IMG/VR virus record: IMGVR_UViG_3300005512_000002
Location: 64,001-128,000 of that record
From: a virus
Lineage: Duplodnaviria > Heunggongvirae > Uroviricota > Caudoviricetes
DNA: 64,000 bases
Strand: one strand, 5' to 3'
Shown: piece by piece, positions 27,316 through 34,646 of the stretch
How positions within the stretch are numbered: the first letter of the stretch is position 1
How the letters are laid out: every line of letters starts with the position of its first letter
Notes under the pieces: model-generated
Told to the model about the DNA's origin: nothing
The model's input: only the letters and a program-made list of their open reading frames with translations
The model's database searches: none
Made by a program: the position numbers and the translations under genes

Positions 27316-27468
27316 GAAAAACCACCGGCGTTCTGCCAGTTAAACTACCAATACGTTCGTGCTGACCCTCGGGTCGATGGCCCGGCCGATCTTTGGCGCC
27401 TTCGGTCCGGCGGGAACCACCACACACACGTATCAGGCGGGACTCGAACCCGCACTACCGGTGTTTTC
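27316..27468 (-). ncRNA. Circularly permuted tRNA-like element B
   Basis: 3' half ACCGG-TAGT-GCGGG TTCGAGT CCCGC-CTGATAC (27462-27430) precedes 5' half GTATTGG-TA-GTTT AACTGGCA GAAC-G-CCGGT (27354-27324); all four stems pair; 74-nt insert closes the acceptor stem. Confidence 0.8.
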
Positions 27469-27471
27469 AAG

Positions 27472-27546
27472 GCGGGTATCCTGCCGATTGGACGACCACC
27501 CCCGGGTGGGGGCGGGCGGGACTCGAACCCGCATCACCCGCGTAAG
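27472..27546 (-). ncRNA. Circularly permuted tRNA-like element A
   Basis: GCGGG-TGAT-GCGGG TTCGAGT CCCGC-CCGCCCCC, ACCC loop, GGGGGTGG-TC-GTCC AATCGGCA GGAT-A-CCCGC; all stems pair. Confidence 0.82.
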
Positions 27547-27619
27547 CGACCCCCGCAGGACTTGAACCTGCAGCCTCCTGGTTCGTAGCCAGGCGCTCTG
27601 TCCTTTGAGCTAGAGGGTC
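27547..27619 (-). tRNA. tRNA-Arg(ACG)
   Basis: Loop CTACGAA, A20, G73. Confidence 0.94.
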
Positions 27620-27629
27620 GAAGATCAAG

Positions 27630-27702
27630 GGCCACCGACAGGCGTCGAACCTGCAACCTGAGCTTTACAGGAGCCCTGCTCTGCCAGTTGAGCTACGGTG
27701 GC
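27630..27702 (-). tRNA. tRNA-Thr(TGT), C33 variant
   Basis: G1-C72/C2-G71; GGGCT-CCTGTAA-AGCTC; C73. Confidence 0.8.
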
Positions 27703-27711
27703 GATGGATGT

Positions 27712-28002
27712 CTACTTGCCGGCCATGTATCCCAGGCCGGTGGCCGCACCCTTGGCGGCGGTCTCGATGATCTCCTTCAAGGGCCCGGGCCCCTCCCGCA
27801 CGTAGTCGGGGATGAGCAGCCCGGTGGCTGGCTCGAAGCGGTACAGGGCCGCCAGGTTGGGTCCGCCCAGCGTGGTGTCGCGCACCACGTACAGGTCGGT
27901 CTTACCCAAGGTGCCAATTTTGACCATTTGCGGGCCACAGCCGGCCGTAACCAGCCAGAAAAGAACACTTACGATCGCAATGAGCCGATGGCGTGTGGAC
28001 AT
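27712..28002 (-). CDS. Small lipoprotein (~96 aa)
   Basis: MSTRHRLIAIVSVLFWLVTAGC signal with lipobox; GGAG SD. Confidence 0.75.
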   Translation of the reverse strand: MSTRHRLIAIVSVLFWLVTAGCGPQMVKIGTLGKTDLYVVRDTTLGGPNLAALYRFEPATGLLIPDYVREGPGPLKEIIETAAKGAATGLGYMAGK

Positions 28003-28025
28003 GGCTTTCTCCTGCTCCGGGGCTA

Positions 28026-28047
28026 CTTCCGGGGCTACTTCCGGGGG
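28026..28047. repeat. Two tandem CTTCCGGGG units
   Basis: cttccgggg-cta-cttccggggg in the tRNA-Asp trailer. Confidence 0.9.
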
Positions 28048-28051
28048 CAAG

Positions 28052-28124
28052 CGGTCATGACGGGACTCGAACCCGCAACCTCCGGATCGACAATCCGACG
28101 CTCCGCCAATTGAGCTACATGACC
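28052..28124 (-). tRNA. tRNA-Asp(GTC)
   Basis: Loop TTGTCGA, G73. Confidence 0.92.
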
Positions 28125-28188
28125 GTATCGGCCCCCGGCCCCCGGAAAATTAGTCCGAGGGCTAAAGGGCTCTTAACTTCCGTGGAAA

Positions 28189-28261
28189 AGTCGCCGGCGG
28201 GTGTCGAACCCGCAACCTCGCCCTTACCAAGGGCGTGTTCTGCCGGTTGAACTACGGCGAC
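28189..28261 (-). tRNA. tRNA-Thr(GGT)
   Basis: Loop TTGGTAA. Confidence 0.9.
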
Positions 28262-28329
28262 ACGGCTGCAGCCGCCAGGGGTCGCCTGACGGCTGCGGAA
28301 CGGTTTGGACGCATGGCCCATCCGCAAAG

Positions 28330-28401
28330 TGCGCCCGAGTGGACTCGAACCACCGACTACCCGGTTATCAGCCGGGTGCTCTGCCACTGAGCTACGAGCG
28401 C
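28330..28401 (-). tRNA. tRNA-Ile(GAT)
   Basis: Loop CTGATAA, A73. Confidence 0.95.
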
Positions 28402-28465
28402 TTGGTAAAAACTGGCCCGGCCCCGGGCGAGAACCCGGGGCGCAGGCCAGTAGACTTGCCTCTTA

Positions 28466-28481
28466 CAATTCGCTCTTGACT
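28466..28481 (+). repeat. Exact inverted 16-bp copy of 18485-18500 (CAATTCGCTCTTGACT)
   Basis: Reverse complement of agtcaagagcgaattg at 18485. Confidence 0.85.
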
Positions 28482-28565
28482 TGTCAAAGCCCCCGGAAGG
28501 TCGAGCCGGGGTGCCCACGCCCTCGGCCGTGGCCTGCCACGACTCTGAGCGGGGACTCTCGCAAG

Positions 28566-28638
28566 TGGCCCAGGCCGGGTTTGAACCGGCGCGACCCTGT
28601 TCTTCAGACAGGTGCTCTACCAACTGAGCTACCGGGCC
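28566..28638 (-). tRNA. tRNA-Phe(GAA)
   Basis: Loop CTGAAGA, A73. Confidence 0.93.
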
Positions 28639-28653
28639 AGGATGTCGGTCAAG

Positions 28654-28727
28654 TGGGCGGTGCGGGACTCGAACCTGCGGCCTCCTCGGTGTGAACGAGG
28701 CGCTCTGGCCAACTGAGCTAACCGCCC
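28654..28727 (-). tRNA. tRNA-Val(CAC)
   Basis: Loop TTCACAC, A73. Confidence 0.93.
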
Positions 28728-28758
28728 CCCGGAAGTTGTCTTCCGGGCATACGGGCAA

Positions 28759-28832
28759 TGGCGGTGGCAGGATTTGAACCTGCGATCTCCGGGTTATGGG
28801 CCCAGCGGGGACGGCCGCTCCCCTACACCGCT
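28759..28832 (-). tRNA. Initiator-type tRNA-Met(CAT), C33 variant
   Basis: A1:C72 mismatch, three consecutive G-C pairs closing the anticodon stem, loop CCCATAA. Confidence 0.85.
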
Positions 28833-28838
28833 AACAAG

Positions 28839-28911
28839 TGACGATGGCAGGCGTCGAACCTGCAACCTGCGGGTTATGACCCCGCTGCTCTGCCAGTTGA
28901 GCTACATCGCC
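28839..28911 (-). tRNA. tRNA with CAT anticodon (elongator Met or Ile2, not resolved)
   Basis: GCGGG-GTCATAA-CCCGC, paired 1-72, A73. Confidence 0.85.
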
Positions 28912-28928
28912 AGCATGCGTTCTCCAAG

Positions 28929-29002
28929 TGGCCCCGACAGGACTCGAACCTGTGGCCCCCTGCTTGTCGAGCAGGTGCTCTGGCCAACTGAGCTACGGGA
29001 CC
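28929..29002 (-). tRNA. tRNA-Val(GAC), C33 variant
   Basis: CCTGC-TCGACAA-GCAGG, A73. Confidence 0.87.
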
Positions 29003-29007
29003 GTCAA

Positions 29008-29078
29008 TGACCCCAACCGGATTTGAACCGGTGTCTCCGGGCTGAGAACCCGGCATCGTGCCGCTGGACCATGGGGTC
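29008..29078 (-). tRNA. tRNA-Glu(CTC)
   Basis: CCGGG-TTCTCAG-CCCGG, 4-nt variable loop. Confidence 0.92.
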
Positions 29079-29146
29079 GCGGGTGTGGACGTTAAATGGT
29101 GATTCGGATTCGCTTGCTTACGCCATGGACCCCGGTTCGCGGGGGG

Positions 29147-29299
29147 TCACGCTCGTGGACGTGACCGGCGTTTCGTGGTAAACCAGTCTTCCAGACTGGC
29201 GGGCATATTCTCATGCCCCTGCTTCGCGCAGACCACCAGCGAGCCGGCCGGTGTGCCGGGCAAGCGATAGAGGTGGCTGATGGTTCGTTGGCGAAGCAT
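29147..29299 (-). CDS. Possible 50-aa ORF at the head of the tRNA transcript
   Basis: MLRQRTISHLYRLPG... open for 50 codons directly after the 29309-29337 promoter; no recognised family. Confidence 0.3.
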   Translation of the reverse strand: MLRQRTISHLYRLPGTPAGSLVVCAKQGHENMPASLEDWFTTKRRSRPRA

Positions 29300-29308
29300 A
29301 GTCCTACC

Positions 29309-29337
29309 TTTCTACTCGATTATCGTCCGGTTGTCAA
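29309..29337 (-). promoter_or_regulatory. Sigma70-type promoter at the head of the tRNA array
   Basis: TTGACA-17 nt-TAGAAA. Confidence 0.65.
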
Positions 29338-29358
29338 GACAATTCACCGACGGCAGTT

Positions 29359-29465
29359 AAAAAAAGTAAAAAGACCCCCGCCCCCGGAAGACTTTCTCTC
29401 CTCCGCCGTGACGGGAGGTGTGGTTCTCCGCTGTCGCGGGAACCGGCTTCCGGGGGCCGGGGGCC
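29359..29465 (-). terminator. Long-stem terminator ending the upstream tail operon
   Basis: GGCCCCCGGCCCCCGGAAG (29465-29447) pairs with CTTCCGGGGGCGGGGGTC (29390-29373), followed by TTTTTACTTTTTTT. Confidence 0.6.
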
Positions 29466-29659
29466 GGGTGGGCGGCCGGCCGTGGATGGTGGCGACATCG
29501 GGCCGCGCGATGCCTGGAAGACTCGCCGGCGAAAGAGTCAAACCTCCGACGCAGTGCGGGGATGAATGGCCCCGCACACTTCCTGTTTAACGTGCCCTCT
29601 CACGGCTCAGACACACCCCCGGAAGTTGCCCCCATGCGTTGGGGGCGGACGTTCGCAGG

Positions 29660-30157
29660 CTAATCGCCATCGGTCGTAAAGTCCTCATCGTCGCTTTCGT
29701 CGTCCGGCTCAAGCCCCCCGGAAGCGTCGTCCGGCGCATCGTCGGGTGCTTCGGAACTTCCGGGGGCCGGCGGAAGGCCCAGGCTGAAGCGCATGTAATC
29801 CTCGATCTGCCGCACCTGATCGTCGTAGAAGGCCTGCACCTGCTCGTGATTGGGGATGCCCAGGTTGTACAGGGCGGCCACCGGGTTATCCATGATCTGC
29901 TGGCGCAGGGCCGCCGAGTGCTGCTCGATCTGCTGGCGCAGCCGGGCGGTGTAGTTGGTCACGAACTGCTCTTTGCGTTGCCGGGCCTGGGGCAACTGGT
30001 CCATGACCGTGCGCAAGGCCTGGGCTCCCATGTTCAGGGCGGCGTTAAGGATCAACGGGCTCTGCAGGAAGTTGGGTGCCGGGGCCGAGTGCCAGCGGCT
30101 GGTCGGCACGTGCGGCTCGAAGGCGTCGTCCCGGTCTTCGTCAACAAAGTCAGCCAT
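29660..30157 (-). CDS. Hypothetical acidic protein (~165 aa)
   Basis: Start MADFVDEDRDD overlapping the HTH gene stop; acidic termini, Q/A-rich helical core. Confidence 0.65.
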   Translation of the reverse strand: MADFVDEDRDDAFEPHVPTSRWHSAPAPNFLQSPLILNAALNMGAQALRTVMDQLPQARQRKEQFVTNYTARLRQQIEQHSAALRQQIMDNPVAALYNLGIPNHEQVQAFYDDQVRQIEDYMRFSLGLPPAPGSSEAPDDAPDDASGGLEPDDESDDEDFTTDGD

Positions 30158-30908
30158 CCTGCTGTCTCCTGCGCCAGGCTGCTTTGGCGGCATCCGACCG
30201 CGACCGTGTGGTCAGGTACTTCTGCAGCCAGTGTTCCGAGCAGCCCAGCGTCTGGGCCACCCGCCGCATGCACATGGGGGTGTCATAGAGTTTCTGGGCC
30301 CGGGCCAGCTTCTCGGTGTCCAGCACCCGGGGGTTGTGCCCGTGCAAGCCGGCCTTCTTCAGGGCCCGACGGACCTGGGCCACCGTCACCCCGCACGCCC
30401 GGGCGGTCTGCGGAATGGTGTCGTGCGGATGTCCCTGGTGATGTTCGACGATTCTGCGGTAGCACTTGAGTGCCCGCCCGGCCCGATCGGCCGGAGCCAC
30501 GCGGTACACGTGTCCCAGACTGAAACCCGTGCGTTCGGCCACCTGTCGGGGGGTCAGGCCCCGGGCCAGCAGGTCGCGGATCTGCTGATGCTCGGCCCCG
30601 GTGTCGGGTCGGGTGTAGGGCCGCAGGGTGGTGTGCTGGGCCAGTAGCTCGCGCATCTGTTCGGGGCGCAGGCCGAAGGCTTCGGCCACCTGGCGCAGGG
30701 TGCGCGGCTTGTGGTAGAGGCTGAGTGCCTGTTTGATCTGCCCGGGCTTGAGCCGGGGCGGGGCGGGTCGGGTCCGATAGCGGTCCCGGGCCGGTCCCAG
30801 CCAGCGATAGAGCGTCGAGGTGCTGATCCCGATCTGGCCAATGATCTGGAGCACCGGCACGCCCGCCTGGTACAGTTGCAGTGCTCTTGCTTGCTGGTCA
30901 TGGCTCAT
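30150..30908 (-). CDS. Multi-HTH DNA-binding protein (five HTH-like repeats)
   Basis: Repeats such as GVPVLQIIGQIGISTSTLYRWL, TPRQVAERTGFSLGHVYR, MRRVAQTLGCSEHWLQKYL. Confidence 0.8.
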   Translation of the reverse strand: MSHDQQARALQLYQAGVPVLQIIGQIGISTSTLYRWLGPARDRYRTRPAPPRLKPGQIKQALSLYHKPRTLRQVAEAFGLRPEQMRELLAQHTTLRPYTRPDTGAEHQQIRDLLARGLTPRQVAERTGFSLGHVYRVAPADRAGRALKCYRRIVEHHQGHPHDTIPQTARACGVTVAQVRRALKKAGLHGHNPRVLDTEKLARAQKLYDTPMCMRRVAQTLGCSEHWLQKYLTTRSRSDAAKAAWRRRQQDG

Positions 30909-30926
30909 GACACTTGCCCTCCATTT

Positions 30927-30957
30927 GATACTACGGCAAGTGTGATAGCCGATTCAC
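30927..30957 (-). promoter_or_regulatory. GTGAATC-N13-GCCGTAGTATC promoter-like motif
   Basis: Both blocks and spacing identical to 55980-56010; followed by GGAGG SD and start at 30908. Confidence 0.7.
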
Positions 30958-31052
30958 AATACCGGTTTTTCGCACCCATGAGGCGCGGACGGGCGCGGCT
31001 GTGCCGCGGCCGCTACGCGGTCGATGCGTAGCTGCAGCGAAGCTGCGCCTGC

Positions 31053-31457
31053 TCAAATCGCCCAGTTCTGCTGGGGCAGATCGGTGCCCGGGTGCCAGAC
31101 GGCGAAGGCGAAACCGCCGTGGTAGTTATCGCGGTGGTCGTGCACGCCCCGTCCGGGCAGGTAGCCGCCATCGTAAGGCCCGGTATGCCCGTGGGCGTTG
31201 TACCCTTCGCTGGCCGTGGCCGGCACCGGCAGATCATCGTTGAAGGCCGCGTTCCAGTTCTGAATGGCCTCTACGTCGTTGAAGGCGATCGGGTACTGCG
31301 AATCGTCGTGCCAGTGCAGGTGGGCCAGGGGGATGCTGAAGCGGTCCTGGTCCTTGTCGTCGTAGTGGTGGGCCAGGAAGACCGCCTGCAGCAAGGCGCT
31401 GGCGGCCTGGGCGGCGGTGATCAGCGTGCCTTGCAGTTCGTTCAGGGGATGGGGCAT
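31053..31457 (-). CDS. Putative tail-associated protein (134 aa) with His-rich C-terminus
   Basis: Follows hub-like gene; HGHTGPYDGG...HDHRDNYHGGFAFAVWHPG. Confidence 0.65.
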   Translation of the reverse strand: MPHPLNELQGTLITAAQAASALLQAVFLAHHYDDKDQDRFSIPLAHLHWHDDSQYPIAFNDVEAIQNWNAAFNDDLPVPATASEGYNAHGHTGPYDGGYLPGRGVHDHRDNYHGGFAFAVWHPGTDLPQQNWAI

Positions 31458-31475
31458 GGGACGGCTCCTGGCCGG

Positions 31476-34400
31476 CTAAGCGTGCGAGGAAGGATTGCTG
31501 GGATGCGGGATGAAGCGGCGGTGGTAACCCCCGCGATGGGGGAACGGGTGCTGCTCGGCGAAGCGGCGTTTGGCCTGGCCGGCCTTCTCCTCGCGGAACA
31601 GGCGGGCCAGGTCGGTCAGGCGCAATTTGTCGTCCGGTGGCATCTCGCCGGGCCGGGCCTCGATGCGGGTCAATTCCAGGGTGGTGGCGAAGCCCCGGTT
31701 AAACGAATAGGTGACCTTCACCACCGCCGCCCGGGCCTTGTCGGGATAGTCCACGTAGCCCAGGCCGCCGGCCAGGTCGTTGACCCGTCCCCGGATCAGC
31801 AGGCTGCCGCGCACCTGCAGGTCGTTGGCCTGCTCCAGCTTGCGCACCGCCATGGCCATCAGCTTGCTGCGGTCGTCGCGCAGTCGCCAGGAATACAGCC
31901 GGGGCCGGGCCAGGGCATTGGAGGCGAACACCGGGGCGATCCCTTCCATCTCGTAGAGCACCTCGCCGGGTGATGGCTGTTCCCACTTGAACAGCCGGGC
32001 CCTGGGGAAATCGCAGCCCGCCTGGCGCTTGGCGGCTTCCAGGGCCTCGGGCGTCATGCCGGCGGTGGGCGGGATCAGCATCCGCTCCAGGTCATCCTCG
32101 GTCGTCTCGATCACGGCCGAGGCGTCGTGGAGGGTGACCTGCACCAGCCGGTCGTGGTTGCCGAACTCGATCTCCTGGTCGCCCCACTGGGCCGGATTGA
32201 TCTTGGCCACCTCGACCGACCAGCACCCGTCTACGATCGCGGCCTTGGCCACGTACTGGTTCTGCTGACCGTCGGCGTCGGTGTAGGTGAACTGCACCGG
32301 CTCGTGCTCGGGGTACTCGTACCAGTTGTCACGGATGTAGAACGCCTGCAGCCAGGCCTTGGCCGGCCGCCAGTAGCCCAGCGGCACCCCCCAGTGGTTA
32401 CTGGTGATGTTCCCCGCTTGCGTACCCTGGTCCTGCACCAGACCGTCGCTGTCCAGCACGTAGGCCACCTTGGCGCTGGTGACCTCCATGCGCAGGGTTT
32501 GCCATTTCATCTCCGCCGGGATGAACACCGGCTGGTTGAAAATGACGCGACCCATGGCCGGGTCCAGGCTGGCCGGCATTTCCTGGCCGGTCATGATGGT
32601 GGTGAACGGCACTCGCACCTGGTCGTCCCAGGCCGGGTCGATGAGCTTGGCCCTGGGGCTGTCGGCCGCGATGCCGGCGACGGTGATCAGGTTCTTGGTC
32701 CAGCCGGTCAGGGGGTGGGGGAAATCAAAGTACCGATTGGCCTCGGCCAGACTGCCCAGGGCGTCCCAGGTGTCGTTGACGTGGGCCACCGGCGGCAGCC
32801 GGTGCGGGGTCAGGATGGCCTCCTCGTATTGCACGTAGGCTGACAGGTTGATGGTCAGACGGTTCTGGGTCTGGGCCCAGGTTTCCGCTTCGACCTGGGT
32901 GTAACTGGCATCGAGTGGGATCTCCTGGGCGGCCTCCTGCATGCTGCGGGCATTGGCCCGCCCGCTCACCAGCCGATCCTGCAGGTTGCGGATCTTGTAC
33001 TGGGGCTTGAGACCCACGCCCCGGCACACCGGGCACAGGTTCTTCCAGGGGATCGGATAGGGCTGGCTCACACTGGCCAACCACGGCGTGAGCATGCCGT
33101 CGTAGGCGTCGGGATCGCCGAAGTCCTGCGGGTCGAACAGGTAGTTGGTGACCGAGAGCTTCTGAAACCGGTTGTCCGGCCCGCAACTGGTCCAGGTCAC
33201 CGTCGGCGTGTTCGAGCCGCCGCTGTAGACCTCGGCCACGTAGCCCGAGCCGTTGCAGGCCGAGCAGGCCCCGTCGGTCTTCCACGCCTGGTAGCTGTGC
33301 AGATTGTCGGCAGCCCCCAGTCGCTGGATGCCCATGGCGTACTGCTGGCCCCGGGTCATCGGCTGGTACTCGGACTGATAAAGATAATCGGCCCCGGTCT
33401 TACCGGCGGGAATGTTCTCCTGCGGGCTCACGTCCAGCAGCATGACCACGTCCGGCAGGTAATCCTCGTGCACGTTCCAGTCGGGGAACAGGGGCATGCC
33501 CACCGGGTACTGTTGGTAGGTGCGGGCGTCCTCGAACAGCTTCAGCGGATGCTGGAAGCGGTAGTAGGCCCCTTCGGCGTTCCGGGCCCGGGCTTTCTGG
33601 TCGGCGATGCTGTCGTTCTCGACGGCCCGGAAACGGCTGCCGTCCGCGACGGGGCTGCCTGCGCCATCCACGGCGTTCTCGATCATCTCGGGTACGATCG
33701 ACTGGCCGGTGTAGAAGCGGATGGGTCCGCTGGTGATGCGGCAGACGTTGGCGCTGCTGCGGGAAGTCCACTCGGTGCGATCCTCCTCGATGTCGGCCTC
33801 GTGGGCGTAGAGGTCGCCGGCCCCGGTCAAAGCCGCCTGGCTCACGTCGGGGTAGGTCAGGTCCCACAGGTCCCCGCAGTAGCCGCAGGCCAGGTCCAGC
33901 TTGACCACCACGAACCGACCGTGCGATCCGTAGGCCGGGTCGTAATGCAGCCGGTAGCTGCCGGCCTTGGCCAGCAGTTCGGCGATGGCCAATCCCTTGG
34001 GGGTATCGACGAACTGCACGTCGCTGGGCACGAACAGGCCGCAGGCTTCGGAGGCGTCCAGCCCGTTCCAGAAGATGTCCTGGAAGCTGAAATACTCCGT
34101 GGAGTTCCAGGCATCCTTGAACAGCATGATCTGCTCGACCAGTTCATAGATGGTCTTGAGCTTGGCCTCCATGAGCACGCCCGATTCCGGGTCGAACACC
34201 GGCTGCGGGTTCACCGGGTCGTTGAACAGGTTGGCCGTCAGGGTGATATGCGTTTCATTCAACCGTGTGCAATCCATGACCGCCCGGCAGTTGTACGCCA
34301 TGCCCGTGGCGCTCTTGGTCTCAGTCACCGCGTCGATCAGGCCCCGGAACACCACCTGCCAATCGGCCTGCGGGGTCTGGCGCACGGCGATCTCCACCTG

Positions 34401-34646
34401 GTCGGAGATGGCCGGCTGTGGCAGACTGTACTGGGGCGGCACCGCGCCCGAACGCAAGCGCACCGAGTCCCGATCCCACATCTGGAAAAAAGCGACGTTG
34501 TCGTTGAGGTCGTAGCCGATGGTCAAATGCTGCAGGCGGACCAGGTTGGTGTCCGAGGTATAGCCCGGCTCGCCGTTGATCTGCACGCGGTAGTCAAAGG
34601 CGTGAATGCCATGGCCGTCAATACTGGTGCTCGGTTTCAGGCCCAT
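31476..34646 (-). CDS. Tail hub/Tal-like protein (1056 aa) with CxxCxGxG Zn-finger insertion
   Basis: Position after TMP and distal-tail-like genes; VFRGLIDAV and LLIRG...GLGY...VVKVTYSF segments; CSACNGSG/CPVCRGVG. Confidence 0.6.
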   Translation of the reverse strand: MGLKPSTSIDGHGIHAFDYRVQINGEPGYTSDTNLVRLQHLTIGYDLNDNVAFFQMWDRDSVRLRSGAVPPQYSLPQPAISDQVEIAVRQTPQADWQVVFRGLIDAVTETKSATGMAYNCRAVMDCTRLNETHITLTANLFNDPVNPQPVFDPESGVLMEAKLKTIYELVEQIMLFKDAWNSTEYFSFQDIFWNGLDASEACGLFVPSDVQFVDTPKGLAIAELLAKAGSYRLHYDPAYGSHGRFVVVKLDLACGYCGDLWDLTYPDVSQAALTGAGDLYAHEADIEEDRTEWTSRSSANVCRITSGPIRFYTGQSIVPEMIENAVDGAGSPVADGSRFRAVENDSIADQKARARNAEGAYYRFQHPLKLFEDARTYQQYPVGMPLFPDWNVHEDYLPDVVMLLDVSPQENIPAGKTGADYLYQSEYQPMTRGQQYAMGIQRLGAADNLHSYQAWKTDGACSACNGSGYVAEVYSGGSNTPTVTWTSCGPDNRFQKLSVTNYLFDPQDFGDPDAYDGMLTPWLASVSQPYPIPWKNLCPVCRGVGLKPQYKIRNLQDRLVSGRANARSMQEAAQEIPLDASYTQVEAETWAQTQNRLTINLSAYVQYEEAILTPHRLPPVAHVNDTWDALGSLAEANRYFDFPHPLTGWTKNLITVAGIAADSPRAKLIDPAWDDQVRVPFTTIMTGQEMPASLDPAMGRVIFNQPVFIPAEMKWQTLRMEVTSAKVAYVLDSDGLVQDQGTQAGNITSNHWGVPLGYWRPAKAWLQAFYIRDNWYEYPEHEPVQFTYTDADGQQNQYVAKAAIVDGCWSVEVAKINPAQWGDQEIEFGNHDRLVQVTLHDASAVIETTEDDLERMLIPPTAGMTPEALEAAKRQAGCDFPRARLFKWEQPSPGEVLYEMEGIAPVFASNALARPRLYSWRLRDDRSKLMAMAVRKLEQANDLQVRGSLLIRGRVNDLAGGLGYVDYPDKARAAVVKVTYSFNRGFATTLELTRIEARPGEMPPDDKLRLTDLARLFREEKAGQAKRRFAEQHPFPHRGGYHRRFIPHPSNPSSHA

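Noticed and set aside
27316-27468. Two-piece (permuted) tmRNA
   Set aside because: No G3:U70 pair, an intact D stem is present, no CCA and no tag ORF.
27429-27503. Apparent normal-order tRNA-Ser(TGA) made of the 5' half of A plus the 3' half of B
   Set aside because: Acceptor (GGGGTGG vs CTGATAC) and anticodon stems (CCCGC vs ACCGG) do not pair, the loop is 9 nt and there is no long variable arm; each half pairs only with its permuted partner.
28459-28504. Divergent sigma70 promoters around TTGAC-TT-GTCAA
   Set aside because: Good -35 boxes on both strands but no acceptable -10 at 16-18 nt spacing.
28839-28911. tRNA-Met with a 6-nt anticodon loop
   Set aside because: The ORF-track translation (VMTPL) confirms a 7-nt loop GTCATAA.
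18542-29078. Stop-codon reassignment or suppressor tRNAs
   Set aside because: No CTA, TTA or TCA anticodon found; multi-kb ORFs are intact under the standard code and TAA, TAG and TGA all end genes.
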